A stretch of DNA of 64,000 nucleotides from an uncultured Opitutales bacterium. GTDB taxonomy: Bacteria; Verrucomicrobiota; Verrucomicrobiia; Opitutales; Intestinicryptomonadaceae. The position numbers were made by a program, and so were the translations under genes. The notes below the pieces were generated by a model. That model did no database searches. It was given only the letters and a program-made list of their open reading frames with translations, and was not told where the DNA came from. Where the stretch lies: NCBI GenBank assembly GCA_944390805.1, contig CALXQW010000038.1, forward strand, positions 42,635 to 106,634, read 5' to 3'. How positions within the stretch are numbered: position 1 is the stretch's first letter; the number at the start of each line of letters is the position of its first letter. This document shows positions 8,793 through 19,293 of this stretch, piece by piece.

Positions 8793-10325
8793 CTATTTAG
8801 CATCTTGCGAGGCAAGTTTTTTATCCGGGCGGAGATTGTCTTTATCGTAGCTGTCTATGTCGCACATGGGCAGTGGAGATGGTACAATCTTTATTATTTC
8901 CTTCTCTTCATTGCCATCTTTGGAAGTCTCGCTGGTAAAATATTCTCCGCAATTCCATCCTCCGCCCAGAGCAAGGTAAAAGTCTGTTATATAAGAGACA
9001 AAATTCTTTCTGCTTATTGCGCAGTTTTGCTCTGACGACAATAACGTGCGCTGAGTTTCAAGCAAATCGAGAAATTCTATTTCGCCGTTTTCCTCAAGTT
9101 CCTTTGAGAGTTCAAGCGCCCTCATATTGCTTCTTACCACAGATTCCAACAGTTTCATTCTTTCGCGCTCGCGGCTCAGCGCCGTCATGGCATATTCAAC
9201 TTCCTTTATTGCGTTTAAAACAGTGCTTTCCCAAGACAATCCAGCCTCTCTTGCAGCTGATTCCGCATACTTTACATTGTAGTATGTCTTGCCCGCGCTG
9301 AAGATATTCCACGATACGGAAGGCCCAGCCGACCAATTCCCAGAACTTGCATTAAACATGGACGCCGTATTTCCAGCCTCGTAGTAAATATTTCCGCTTA
9401 TAAAGAATCTTGGGTAATAGTCGGCTCTTGCCGCACCTATTTTTGCAACGGCGCTCTTCAATGCAAACTCCGCCGATATCACGTCTGGGCGGCGCTTGAG
9501 CAAGTCTGCCGGAACAGAAGCCGCCGGAGTGAAATCTTCTATCATGGGCAGGGGCTTTACTTCTTTTAACTCCTCTTCAAGAGCTCCTGTTTGCAAACCC
9601 AAAAGATATTCTATGGCGTAGCGTGTTTGCTTTAGCTCCATTTCCAGTGCCGGAATTTCCGCAGCTGTTGAACCAACCTGCGCTTCAGATCTTCTTACGT
9701 CGTATTCAGATACAAACCCGTTCTTGTGCTTTCTCGATGTTACATTCAAGGTCTGCTTTTGCGTCTCAAGATTCCTTCTTGTTATTTCAAGTTCCTCCTG
9801 TACGCACCTGTAATACATATAATTTTTTGCTACTTCAGCTGCAACCGCTATTCTTGCGGCGGCTTCGTTCGCCAAACTTGAGGCGTAATCAGCCGCCTTA
9901 GATTCTATATCGCGCCGTGTGCCTCCAAATACATCTATCTCCCAACTTGCCTGGGCTCCAAGATTGTACGCGCTTCTTCCAAATCCGCTGGCTATCTTCC
10001 CAGATTCTCCATAGCTTCCAGATGCGTCCAGCGTTGGGAATAATCCGCTTGCCGACATTCCCAATGTGGCTCTTGCCTGCTGTATCCTTGTTCTTGCCGT
10101 GGCTATTGAATAGTTATTCTCAAGGGCACGCTCTACAAGGCTATTGAGCTGGTCGTCGCCGAAAATTTTCCACCAGTCGGCTATATTTTTTGCCTCTTTA
10201 TCAAGCCCCTTTTCGGACCAATTATTTTCTATCTTAAAATTCGGACGCTCATAATCAGGTCCAACGGCACACCCATAGAGCAGGGCGGCCGATGCAAAAA
10301 CTGTCGCCATTGAAAACTTATTCAT
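8793..10325 (-). CDS. Efflux outer-membrane factor lipoprotein (NodT/TolC family)
   Basis: Lipobox LLYGC/AVGPDY. Typical OMF N-terminus (..PDYERP..) and two-repeat architecture. 8-nt overlap with the upstream permease gene. Confidence 0.9.
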   Translation of the reverse strand: MNKFSMATVFASAALLYGCAVGPDYERPNFKIENNWSEKGLDKEAKNIADWWKIFGDDQLNSLVERALENNYSIATARTRIQQARATLGMSASGLFPTLDASGSYGESGKIASGFGRSAYNLGAQASWEIDVFGGTRRDIESKAADYASSLANEAAARIAVAAEVAKNYMYYRCVQEELEITRRNLETQKQTLNVTSRKHKNGFVSEYDVRRSEAQVGSTAAEIPALEMELKQTRYAIEYLLGLQTGALEEELKEVKPLPMIEDFTPAASVPADLLKRRPDVISAEFALKSAVAKIGAARADYYPRFFISGNIYYEAGNTASMFNASSGNWSAGPSVSWNIFSAGKTYYNVKYAESAAREAGLSWESTVLNAIKEVEYAMTALSRERERMKLLESVVRSNMRALELSKELEENGEIEFLDLLETQRTLLSSEQNCAISRKNFVSYITDFYLALGGGWNCGEYFTSETSKDGNEEKEIIKIVPSPLPMCDIDSYDKDNLRPDKKLASQDAK

Positions 10326-11661
10326 ATCTCAAAGCCTCTATCGGGTCTAAGCGCGCGGCCTTCCACGCCGGATAATACCCGAAAACTATTCCTATTCCGG
10401 CCGCCACTCCCACCGAAATTACTATTGCAAGATAGGATATCGCACTTGGCCAGTTCATCAGCTTGGCCAAAAGTAAAGATGCTCCGTGTCCGAGTATTAT
10501 GCCTATTATTCCTCCCATCAGGCACATCACAACAGATTCTATCAAAAACTGCCTGAGTATGTCGGACTTTTTCGCTCCAACCGCCATTCTAAGGCCAATT
10601 TCCCTTGTTCGTTCCGTTACAGATACAAGCATTATATTCATAATGCCTATTCCGCCCACAAGCAGAGATATCAGCGCAACGCAAAGCAGAAGGTTTGTTA
10701 TAGTCTTTGTTTGCGAAGTGAAAAAGTCCGACATCTCGGACATTGTCCTTATTGAGAAGTCGTTGTCGGCGTCTTTTGCTATCCTATGCGTGCGCCTTAG
10801 AACCTTTGTTATTTCCTCAACCGCCTTTGGGACATTCTCAAGGCTGTCTGCCGATGCGCTTATACTATCTACATTTACAAATCTTACCGGAGGTATTCTG
10901 TCTGCATTTTTTATTTCCGGATAGAAGCTCACTCCTGTTGTGTATATTCCGTCCGAGGAAGACGTATTTACGCTCGATGAACTCACCGTGCTCAGCGAGC
11001 TTTGCCCGGCGCCTTTCAGCCTGCTTTTTACTGTTGTCCACGGAGCCAGAACGCAGTCGTCCTGGTCCATTCCAAACATGTTTGCTCCCTTTGACTTTAG
11101 GGTGCCTATCACCTTGAAAACAACATTTTGTATGCGAAGGTCCTTGCCTATCGGATTCTCGCTTCCAAATAGCTCTTTTACTATAGTAGAGCCAATCAGG
11201 CATACCTTTGATCCGCGTTTGATCTTAGCAGCGTCTATTTCCACTCCTTTTTCTACATGCCAATTTGCTATGCGCATGTAGTCTTCGTCAATACCCGTTA
11301 TGAAGTAGGGCGACCAATTCTTGCCAGAATAAATTATCTGCCCTCTAGCCGATACCACCGGAGAAACACAAACTACATGCGGGCATTCATTGCGTATAGC
11401 CTCCGCATCCTGCGCCGTAAGGTTTGCGCGCGTTCCCGATTTTACCCCGCCGGTTGTAACCGTTCCTGGACGTATGTTTATGGTTGTAACTCCCATGGCG
11501 GAGATATTCTTTTCCAGCGTCTCCTGCGCCCCGCTGCCGACTTCCATCAGCGCTATGACAGAGGCCGTTCCTATAACTATTCCGAGAGTTGTAAGAAACG
11601 TCCTTGTGGGGTTTCTCAATATGGCCTTTATAGCCGACTTTATTATTCTGAATATGTTCAT
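10318..11661 (-). CDS. MacB-type ABC transporter permease (MacB periplasmic domain plus FtsX domain)
   Basis: 'RNPTRTFLTTLGIVIGTASVIA' at the N-terminus and 'ERTREIGLRMAVGAKKSDILRQFL' in the FtsX region. Confidence 0.9.
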   Translation of the reverse strand: MNIFRIIKSAIKAILRNPTRTFLTTLGIVIGTASVIALMEVGSGAQETLEKNISAMGVTTINIRPGTVTTGGVKSGTRANLTAQDAEAIRNECPHVVCVSPVVSARGQIIYSGKNWSPYFITGIDEDYMRIANWHVEKGVEIDAAKIKRGSKVCLIGSTIVKELFGSENPIGKDLRIQNVVFKVIGTLKSKGANMFGMDQDDCVLAPWTTVKSRLKGAGQSSLSTVSSSSVNTSSSDGIYTTGVSFYPEIKNADRIPPVRFVNVDSISASADSLENVPKAVEEITKVLRRTHRIAKDADNDFSIRTMSEMSDFFTSQTKTITNLLLCVALISLLVGGIGIMNIMLVSVTERTREIGLRMAVGAKKSDILRQFLIESVVMCLMGGIIGIILGHGASLLLAKLMNWPSAISYLAIVISVGVAAGIGIVFGYYPAWKAARLDPIEALRYE

Positions 11662-11665
11662 CTGG

Positions 11666-12367
11666 CTATATGGTGGAATCTTTTGATAGGTCCGTCTCTA
11701 TGTTTCCATCGCGCATTTTTATTATGCGCTTTGCCCTGGCGGCTATATCGGGCTCATGCGTGACGAGCACTATGGTAACTCCCTCGTTTTCATTTATCTG
11801 GTTGAATATGTCCAAGATTTCTTCGCTCATCTTGGTGTCGAGATTTCCCGTGGGCTCGTCGGCAAAGAGAATCTGCGGATGGTTTACAAGAGCCCTCGCA
11901 ATGGCAACCCTCTGCTGTTGGCCTCCGGACAACTGCGACGGCTCATGGTCCATTCTATCCTTCAGCCCGACTCTCTCAAGTACCGCTCTTCCCGCCTCGA
12001 GCATTTCTCTCTCCGACATGTGTGCCGCAGTGTATCCAAGCGGCATTATCACATTCTCAAGCGCGCTCGTGCGCGGTAGCAAATTGAAGTTCTGAAAGAC
12101 AAACCCAATCTTTTTGTTCCTCAAATCAGCGCGGCCATCGTTATCGAGCTTTGACGCCTCTATTCCGTCTATCCAGTATTCGCCTCCGGAAGGCCTGTCT
12201 AGGCAGCCCAGTATGTTCATCAGCGTAGACTTCCCTGAACCGCTCGCTCCGGTCAGCGCAAGCATCTCGCCTTTCTCAACATTGAGCGTTATGCCCTTGA
12301 GCACCGGCAGAAGTATATTGCCAACCTTGTAGGTCTTGGTTATGTTCTTTAAAGAGATTAAACTCAT
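11666..12367 (-). CDS. ABC transporter ATP-binding protein (MacB/LolD type)
   Basis: Walker A GASGSGKST, signature LSGGQQQRVAIARAL, Walker B ILFADEPT. I prefer the start at M22 (MSLISLKNITK, coordinate 12367) over the track start at 12430, which overlaps the upstream gene. Confidence 0.9.
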   Translation of the reverse strand: MSLISLKNITKTYKVGNILLPVLKGITLNVEKGEMLALTGASGSGKSTLMNILGCLDRPSGGEYWIDGIEASKLDNDGRADLRNKKIGFVFQNFNLLPRTSALENVIMPLGYTAAHMSEREMLEAGRAVLERVGLKDRMDHEPSQLSGGQQQRVAIARALVNHPQILFADEPTGNLDTKMSEEILDIFNQINENEGVTIVLVTHEPDIAARAKRIIKMRDGNIETDLSKDSTI

Positions 12368-12410
12368 GCGGAAAAACTTTCCAACGCCAGGTTTTTGGGT
12401 GCTAAAGAGC

Positions 12411-13694
12411 CTATTTCTTCTTGCGCGCACGCGGCTTTGGCATGAACGGATTAACCGCCTTTCCGCTGTCGCTCTTCAATTCCTCTATTGCAGTAATGAC
12501 GGGCAATGAGAATTTAGAGCCGTCCAAATTCTCCACTGCAACATATTCTCCGTCCGATACGAGAACATTAACTGGAATCGGCATTGCCAATCCATCGGCA
12601 GCCGGAGTCCATACCTTTGCGCTTGCCAAAATTGCCTCTTCGCTGGCGTCGGCAGATATGTATTTGTCGTCAACTATAAGCCTGAGCGCCGATACCGGCA
12701 CGCATACTGCATCTTTTATTTTCTCCACTTCAAATTTCAAATTTGCGGTTAGATAGGGCAGCAGCCTTCCCGAAGAATTGTCTGTTGTAACTTCCACTAT
12801 GTAGGTTACAACATTTTGCGACATCGTTGCATTAAGCCTTATCTTCTCAACTTCTCCGTAAAATGTCTCCTCCGGAAATGCGTCGACCGTAAACGATACT
12901 TTCTGCCCCTTCCTTATGTTGCCTATGTCTGCCTCGTTTACGCTTGCCCAAACTTGCATTCTGCTTAGGTCTTTTGCTATAAGAAACAGTGAACTTGCGC
13001 TCATGTTGGAGACAACCGTCTGACCTATGTCGACAACCCTATCTATTATAACTCCGTCAACCGGAGAGGTTATCATACAATATTCAAGGTTGCGCTGCTG
13101 TATTTTCAAGTCGGCCTTGGCTCCTTCTATTGCGGCTTCGGCCTGCTTTATTGCAGCTTTTGATACCTCAACATCTGCCATGGTTATCTCGTACTGAGAC
13201 AGATATTCATCGTAAGAGGCTTGAGACAAGGCTTCTCCTTTGCCAAGTTTTTCAGCTCTGGTCCAGTCTCTCTTCGCCTGGTTGAACTTGGCCTGGCTTA
13301 GAACAAGATTTGCCTGCGCCTGCGCAAGCGAAGATTCTTTTTGCTTTAGTTGCGCGGAGGATTCCGTAAGGTTAGATTTTGGAATTTCGTCGTCTATGAG
13401 CGCAAGCAGGTCTCCCTTTTTTACTCTCGACCCATAGTCTATTGTATTGCCGTCTATATCCTTTCCAAAGCTCATAATTTCTCCGGATACGCGCGCGGTA
13501 ACTTCCACAAGGTCTTCCGGTTCTACCGTACCGGTTGCGTCTATATTAACAGTAATCTCGCGCGTTTGCGGATCTACCGTCTCAAAGGAAAAATTTGGCT
13601 TCTTCCCCGATATATAGTAATATGCCCCAGCCGATGCCAAAATGAGTATAACAACGGCAAACAGGATTTTCTTTGTTTTTCCCGATTTCTTCAT
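12411..13694 (-). CDS. Efflux periplasmic adaptor (MacA/HlyD family)
   Basis: N-terminal TM anchor, lipoyl-like and coiled-coil segments, and 'VTYIVEVT' beta-barrel motifs typical of MFP adaptors. Confidence 0.85.
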   Translation of the reverse strand: MKKSGKTKKILFAVVILILASAGAYYYISGKKPNFSFETVDPQTREITVNIDATGTVEPEDLVEVTARVSGEIMSFGKDIDGNTIDYGSRVKKGDLLALIDDEIPKSNLTESSAQLKQKESSLAQAQANLVLSQAKFNQAKRDWTRAEKLGKGEALSQASYDEYLSQYEITMADVEVSKAAIKQAEAAIEGAKADLKIQQRNLEYCMITSPVDGVIIDRVVDIGQTVVSNMSASSLFLIAKDLSRMQVWASVNEADIGNIRKGQKVSFTVDAFPEETFYGEVEKIRLNATMSQNVVTYIVEVTTDNSSGRLLPYLTANLKFEVEKIKDAVCVPVSALRLIVDDKYISADASEEAILASAKVWTPAADGLAMPIPVNVLVSDGEYVAVENLDGSKFSLPVITAIEELKSDSGKAVNPFMPKPRARKKK

Positions 13695-13931
13695 CTTATG
13701 TAAATTTGTCCCCCTCTGAAAACAACAAACTTAACGTTTTTAGAATCTTCAAAATCGGGTTCTTTTCAAGAAAAATCTTCATTTTATCAAACAATAGCTT
13801 GCATTTGTTGCAAACGGCTTTATGCGTCTGTATTTGAAAAAAGATGTTTCTTGGAAATACAAAATGCTCTGATAGATTCTTTCTTTTGAAAACATATATT
13901 TTTCATCGGGGTATTTTAATGCGCAGATATT

Positions 13932-15590
13932 ATGGAATGGTTTAAAGGTATTTTTTCTGGTTCATCGGCGGCGGAGAGTGTTTTTGCGCTTTCCTTAGTA
14001 ATAGCCGTGGGAATAGCGCTTGGTAAGATTAAAATCAAAGGGGTGTCAATAGGCTCCACATGGATTCTCTTTATGGGAATATTCTTAAGCCACATTGGGC
14101 TTTCGGCCGATTCCAACACACTTCATTTTGCCAGGGAAATAGGCCTTATATTCTTTGTATATTCCATTGGTCTTCAGGTTGGCCCGGGGTTCTTTTCGTC
14201 CTTCAAAGAGGGTGGCATAAAACTCAATGCTCTTGCGGTTTTCATGATTATTTTAGGCGTATCGTTGGCTGTTGGGCTATATTTTGCAACGCCTCTTGGA
14301 ATGCCTACCATAGTTGGCATATTATCCGGTGCCGTTACAAACACTCCAGGTCTCGGCGCTGCCCAGCAGACTTATGCCGATATGAAGGGGCAGGGGGCCG
14401 ATGTCATCTCTTTGGGGTATGCTGTGGCATATCCGCTTGGTGTTTTGGGGGCGATAGCTTCTATGATGATATTGCGCAAAGTCTTTAGGATAAATCTAGA
14501 TTCTGAAAGAGTTTCCGCCGGTTCAAAGAATGGTGATAAAAGTTGCGCCAAACGCATTACATTCAAGGTGGAAAATCCATCTCTTTTCGGAATGGAGGCC
14601 TCCAAAATATCTGGACTATCAAAAAGGCACTTTGTGATATCCAGAATATTGCACCAAGATTCTTCCGTGGAGATTCCCTCTCCTGCGAGCACTCTGAAGG
14701 AGGGAGACTCCGTTCTTGTTGTCCTTGAGGCTAAAGACGAGGCTTTTGTCGGGGCTTTTATAGGGCGGCCAGTTGAGATGGAGTGGCGCAATTTTGACTC
14801 TAAGCTTGTATCGAGGCGCATACTTATCACACGTCCCAACCTAAACGGAAAGACTCTTGGCAAACTTGGGCTTTTCGGCGGCGGCGCATACAATATAACA
14901 AGGCTAAATAGGGCGGGGATAGACCTTGTGGCACATTCAGACCTTAAGCTTCAGGTGGGAGACGCCGTTACGGTAGTTGGCACTGCCGACGCCGTGGAAG
15001 GTGTTGAAAAACTTCTTGGCAATTCCATGAAACGCCTTAGAGAGCCAAACCTCATTCCCATATTTTTGGGGATATTTTTGGGCGTGTTGCTGGGCAGCGT
15101 TCCGTTTGCTTTTCCGGGTATTCCTCAGCCGGTAAAGCTGGGCCTTGCCGGAGGTCCGCTAGTGGTGGCAATCTTGATTGGCAGATTTGGTTATAAATTT
15201 AATATGGTAACATACACCACATTGAGCGCCAACCTTATGCTTAGGGAAATAGGTATATCTTTATTCTTGGCGGCGGTTGGGCTTGGAGCAGGCGAGAGGT
15301 TCTTCTCTACGCTTGTTGGAGGTGGATATGTATGGATAGCCTACGGAGCTTTAATCACCATGTTGCCAATGCTCATTACGGGCGCTATTGCAAGGGGAGT
15401 TTTTAAGCTGAATTATTTTTCCATATGCGGAATGCTCTCTGGGGCTAGTACAAATCCGCCTGCTTTGGCGTATTCAAACGCAATTGCTTCAAACGATTCA
15501 CCCGCCGTCAGCTACGCTACTGTCTATCCGCTCTCAATGTTCCTGAGAGTTTTGACCGCACAGATGTTAATACTTTTCTTCTGTTCATAA
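13932..15590 (+). CDS. YidE/YbjL-family putative transporter (AAE family, two central TrkA-C/RCK-C domains)
   Basis: Duplicated membrane halves flank two soluble RCK_C-like repeats (..GDSVLVV.., ..GDAVTVVG..). The N-terminus is typical of the YidE family. Confidence 0.8.
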   Translation: MEWFKGIFSGSSAAESVFALSLVIAVGIALGKIKIKGVSIGSTWILFMGIFLSHIGLSADSNTLHFAREIGLIFFVYSIGLQVGPGFFSSFKEGGIKLNALAVFMIILGVSLAVGLYFATPLGMPTIVGILSGAVTNTPGLGAAQQTYADMKGQGADVISLGYAVAYPLGVLGAIASMMILRKVFRINLDSERVSAGSKNGDKSCAKRITFKVENPSLFGMEASKISGLSKRHFVISRILHQDSSVEIPSPASTLKEGDSVLVVLEAKDEAFVGAFIGRPVEMEWRNFDSKLVSRRILITRPNLNGKTLGKLGLFGGGAYNITRLNRAGIDLVAHSDLKLQVGDAVTVVGTADAVEGVEKLLGNSMKRLREPNLIPIFLGIFLGVLLGSVPFAFPGIPQPVKLGLAGGPLVVAILIGRFGYKFNMVTYTTLSANLMLREIGISLFLAAVGLGAGERFFSTLVGGGYVWIAYGALITMLPMLITGAIARGVFKLNYFSICGMLSGASTNPPALAYSNAIASNDSPAVSYATVYPLSMFLRVLTAQMLILFFCS

Positions 15591-15656
15591 ATCTTGGGCA
15601 TTTTGTTGCATGTGCCGTATTTACGGCTATATGCGTATCTTTTAAGCCAGATAATA

Positions 15657-16346
15657 TCAGCCTTCAAGGAACATCCATGCGGCGCAGAAGCACAGGACAA
15701 TTCCTGTAAACAACCCAGCATAGCGAGACAAATCCGCCTTTGTTGGAACCATCTTCATGCCGGCAAGCAGTGCCGATACCATAGCAAGCATTGTAATTAT
15801 AGACGCCGCAGAAAAAGTTATCGCCACAGAGAATACCCCTGTCCAGTCCGAATTTGCCGCTGGCGGCATTACAAGCGGAATTAGAACCTCGCATGGTCCA
15901 AGGGCAAATATCAAAAAGAGCGTCCAGAATGCCGCTGATGAAGCCCCTGATGTCTTGTGTTTGCAGCATGATTCATCTTTATGGAATGAGCCATCGGGGT
16001 GCATATGAATCTTTCTTCCGAATGCATTTTTTAATCCGTATAGAGTATATGCCACCGCAAAAGCCAGAAACATCCATTTTACTATTTCTCCCCTTGCCAA
16101 GTTTGCCGCTTCAACCGCACCCAGCCCCGCGCCGAGCGCAAGACCCGCCATGCCTACCAAAACAGATGACAGCGCATGTCCCAATCCGCAGAAAAATGCA
16201 TACATAAGCGTTCTAAGAACGCTCCAGCCGTTGCTTTTTGAAAGAGCTGCAAAGGGCAGATAGTGGTGCGGCTCTATTATTGTGTGAACTATTCCTATGC
16301 TTGCCGCCGCCAGCAGCAGTGCAGATATGGAATATTCTGGATTCAT
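15657..16346 (-). CDS. Putative nickel/cobalt transporter (UreH/NicO-like membrane protein)
   Basis: Six predicted TM segments. 'HTIIEPHH' motif in TM1 and a His/Cys-rich central loop (HMHPDGSFHKDESCCKHK). Immediately downstream of larB (2-nt gap). Confidence 0.55.
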   Translation of the reverse strand: MNPEYSISALLLAAASIGIVHTIIEPHHYLPFAALSKSNGWSVLRTLMYAFFCGLGHALSSVLVGMAGLALGAGLGAVEAANLARGEIVKWMFLAFAVAYTLYGLKNAFGRKIHMHPDGSFHKDESCCKHKTSGASSAAFWTLFLIFALGPCEVLIPLVMPPAANSDWTGVFSVAITFSAASIITMLAMVSALLAGMKMVPTKADLSRYAGLFTGIVLCFCAAWMFLEG

Positions 16347-16348
16347 AT

Positions 16349-17110
16349 TTATCTTTCCGTAATTGTGTTTATCAGATGGGCGTTGTATCCCGCGCCGAAT
16401 CCATTGTCTATATTTACCACGCTAACTCCGTTTGCGCACGAATTCATCATTGCTAAAAGCGCCGCCACTCCCTTGAAACTTGCTCCGTAGCCTACACTTG
16501 TAGGAACCGCTATAAGCGGCTTGTCCACCAATCCGGCAACTACGGTTGCCAGGGCGCCTTCCATGCCGGCTACGGCTATAATCACCCTCGCTTCCGATAT
16601 TTCCTCAAGCCTGTCGAGAAGCCTGCTTAACCCGGCAACTCCGCAGTCGTAAAAGCTCTGAGTTCTGCTTCCGAGAAATTCTGCGGTAAAACGCGCTTCT
16701 TCCGCCACGGGCATGTCGGATGTTCCTGCGCTTACTATTGCAATTTTTGTCTTGGATTTCGGCTTTATTTTGCCGCCTATTGCGGCCATTTTGGCAATCT
16801 TACATATTTGCACGTCTTGGAAAGCGTCTTTTATAGAATTCATTGCACTCTCAGACAGCCTTGTCGCAAGAACGCGGTTTCCTCGCTCTGCCATAGACTT
16901 TGCTATTTCGATAATCTGCCCATCGGTCTTTCCCGCGCCATATATTACCTCTGCCGCTCCTGTTCTTTGCAGTCTGAGGTTGTCTATAATTGTATGCCCC
17001 AAGCTTGTTGTTGCATCTCTTGCCACAAACTTCTGAAAGGCTTTTACAGAAATTTTCCCTCTCTTTAACTTTTCTATATATTGCGCCAATAGATTATTTG
17101 CCTTGGACAT
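16349..17110 (-). CDS. larB: LarB, nickel-pincer cofactor biosynthesis (pyridinium-3,5-biscarboxylic acid mononucleotide synthase)
   Basis: PurE-like domain 'IAIVSAGTSDMPVAEEA..IAVAGMEGALATVVAG..VPTSVGYG'. I prefer the start at M28 (MSKANN, coordinate 17110), which overlaps the larE stop by 17 nt. Confidence 0.85.
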   Translation of the reverse strand: MSKANNLLAQYIEKLKRGKISVKAFQKFVARDATTSLGHTIIDNLRLQRTGAAEVIYGAGKTDGQIIEIAKSMAERGNRVLATRLSESAMNSIKDAFQDVQICKIAKMAAIGGKIKPKSKTKIAIVSAGTSDMPVAEEARFTAEFLGSRTQSFYDCGVAGLSRLLDRLEEISEARVIIAVAGMEGALATVVAGLVDKPLIAVPTSVGYGASFKGVAALLAMMNSCANGVSVVNIDNGFGAGYNAHLINTITER

Positions 17111-17903
17111 TGTTGAAACTTCCTTTTCTGTATCCGCCCATATCGAGCGCGCAAAATGCGTATCCCAGACTTTTAAATTCTTTTGCAACAATATTGAACA
17201 TTCTCCTTCTTAAGAACAGCTCAAAATCTTTCTCTTGCAGCTCCACTCTTGCAAGGTTGCCGTGAACCCTAACACGCGGATTCCTCAATCCAAGCCCCCT
17301 TAGAAAGTTTTCCGCTCTCTCCGCCTTTTTCAGCTCGCTTAAAATAATTTTCTTACCAAACGGAAAACGGGTTAACATACAGGAATTTGCGCCGTGCAAC
17401 CTTATGCTTTTCTCAAGGCCGAGCTTTTCGGCAAGTTCAAGTATATCGCTCTTTTTAAATCCGGCGTCCTCAAACGGGCTTTTTACGCCAAGCTGTTTTG
17501 CGGCTTCCCGTCCGGGGCGGTAGTCGCTTAAATCGGACACGTTCGATCCGTCCAACAAAACTTCAAATCCCTTCTTTTTTGCAATTTTTTTCAATCTTTC
17601 AAACAAGATCTTTTTGCAAAGATAGCAGCGATTTTGCGGATTGTTGCTTAAAACCCTTGGCATTGCAAATTTTTCCTCCACATATGCAACGCCAAGTTTC
17701 TTGCAAAAGTCTGCCGCGGTAGCTATTTCTGAGGATATGCAATAGGGGGTTTTTGCGCATAGCGCAAGGCAGTTTTCTGGTCCGAGCTGTTTGGCGCACT
17801 CTTTGAGCAGCGTACAGCTGTCCAACCCTCCCGATACCGCAACAGCCACGCGTCCAAAACGTTTAATCGCGCCCTTTAGCTTTGCGATTTTTCTCAAATT
17901 CAT
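17094..17903 (-). CDS. larE: LarE, ATP-dependent sacrificial sulfur transferase
   Basis: PP-loop VAVSGGLDS. Conserved Cys context 'ANSCMLTRF', comparable to the LarE sacrificial-Cys motif. Confidence 0.85.
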   Translation of the reverse strand: MNLRKIAKLKGAIKRFGRVAVAVSGGLDSCTLLKECAKQLGPENCLALCAKTPYCISSEIATAADFCKKLGVAYVEEKFAMPRVLSNNPQNRCYLCKKILFERLKKIAKKKGFEVLLDGSNVSDLSDYRPGREAAKQLGVKSPFEDAGFKKSDILELAEKLGLEKSIRLHGANSCMLTRFPFGKKIILSELKKAERAENFLRGLGLRNPRVRVHGNLARVELQEKDFELFLRRRMFNIVAKEFKSLGYAFCALDMGGYRKGSFNNVQGK

Positions 17904-19194
17904 ATTTTGCCTCCTTCGTTATTTCCGAAAGGGGAACCTTGTTTAGTCTTGCCGCCGATGCGCAATCTTCAAATTCCGGCTTAAATTTCTCTTCAGTCTT
18001 ATCGCGGCAGACTTTCATTCGTATGGCGCCGTATCTTGTCTTGGAAGTTTCCTCAACTCTCTTGAGGCTCGTCCGCATAACCTTGCGGCGCCGCACTCCT
18101 ATTGTTGAAGTTTCCCTAAACAAAATATCCTCCATGCGCCCGGCGTCTTCCATTCTGCAAAGAACGCAGATCTTTGAAGCCAGGCGCGACTTCTTCATAA
18201 CTATGCTCTCCTGCCATGCGTCCAAAGCGCCGTTTTCAATCAGCATATCAACAGCATAGGCAAGCTCTTCTGGGGTGGAGTCGTCTATGTTGGCGCAAAT
18301 CTCAAACATTTGTTGCCTAATTCTTCCGTCTTCCTGATTGGTATGATGGTCTTGCAGAGTCTCACAAAGGCGCACCCTAAGCACATTAGGCAAATTGTCG
18401 CAATGCCTCTGCCCAATTCCAACCCCGCATGCTAGCGTCTTTATTTCCTCGTCTCCAAATTTCCCTTTGTCCGCCAATGCCGCTATGATTGCCGCGCCTG
18501 TCGGTGTTGTGCATTCGTGTTCCGCCGCGCCTTCAGTGGTTTTAAAGTTTTTTGATAAAATTGCCGTGGCCGGAGCCGGAACAGGCATAAGGCCATGCGC
18601 GCATTTAACTCTTCCGCCGCCCAGCTCAACCGCAGATGAAAACACCTTTTCAACTCCGAGCAAATCAAGGCATACCGCCGCCCCAACTATGTCTATTATA
18701 GAATCCACCGCCCCGACTTCATGAAAACATACATCATCAAGTTTTTTGCCATGCACTTGAGCCTCTGCCTTCGCGAGAATGTCAAAAATCTTTAGCGCCG
18801 TATTCTTGACGCCGTCCTTGAGGGTGCTGTGAAGTATAATTTTCTTTATGTCGGCATAGGCCCTATGCTCGTGATGGGAATGTTCGTGGCTGTGATTGTT
18901 GTGGTCGTGCCCATGTAAATGATGGTGATGTGTGCCGCCAGCCTGCAACATAGAGCAGTTGTCTGTATGTAAATGGCCATTAATGTCGGCGTCTTTTTCG
19001 TCCAAAACCACACTTGCCTTTGTCCCGAAAATTCCTCCTCTGGAATCTTTTTCAATTTTCAAATGCCAGCCGTCCAAACCGAGCTTCTTAAGTTCTTCTT
19101 CAATAGCATTCGGGGCAACACCCAGATCTATCAGCGCCCCAAGATTCATATCTCCGCTGATTCCGGCAAAACAATCGTAATATAGAATTTTCAC
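17863..19194 (-). CDS. larC: LarC, nickel insertion protein (DUF111), single fused ORF
   Basis: 'KILYYDCFAGISGDMNLGALIDLG' N-terminus and a His-rich stretch HHHHLHGHDHNNHSHEHSHHEH. A GTG start at 19194 (VKILYY) seems more plausible than the upstream ATG at 19230. 41-nt overlap with larE. Confidence 0.85.
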   Translation of the reverse strand: MKILYYDCFAGISGDMNLGALIDLGVAPNAIEEELKKLGLDGWHLKIEKDSRGGIFGTKASVVLDEKDADINGHLHTDNCSMLQAGGTHHHHLHGHDHNNHSHEHSHHEHRAYADIKKIILHSTLKDGVKNTALKIFDILAKAEAQVHGKKLDDVCFHEVGAVDSIIDIVGAAVCLDLLGVEKVFSSAVELGGGRVKCAHGLMPVPAPATAILSKNFKTTEGAAEHECTTPTGAAIIAALADKGKFGDEEIKTLACGVGIGQRHCDNLPNVLRVRLCETLQDHHTNQEDGRIRQQMFEICANIDDSTPEELAYAVDMLIENGALDAWQESIVMKKSRLASKICVLCRMEDAGRMEDILFRETSTIGVRRRKVMRTSLKRVEETSKTRYGAIRMKVCRDKTEEKFKPEFEDCASAARLNKVPLSEITKEAKYEFEKNRKAKGRD

Positions 19195-19293
19195 TTTATA
19201 ACAATTTAACTGGCCTATAAGTCTACGCAAACAAATTTATCGGTAATGTATGCATGTCTTTTTCCGATATAAAAATAAATATCCTAAACAAAT

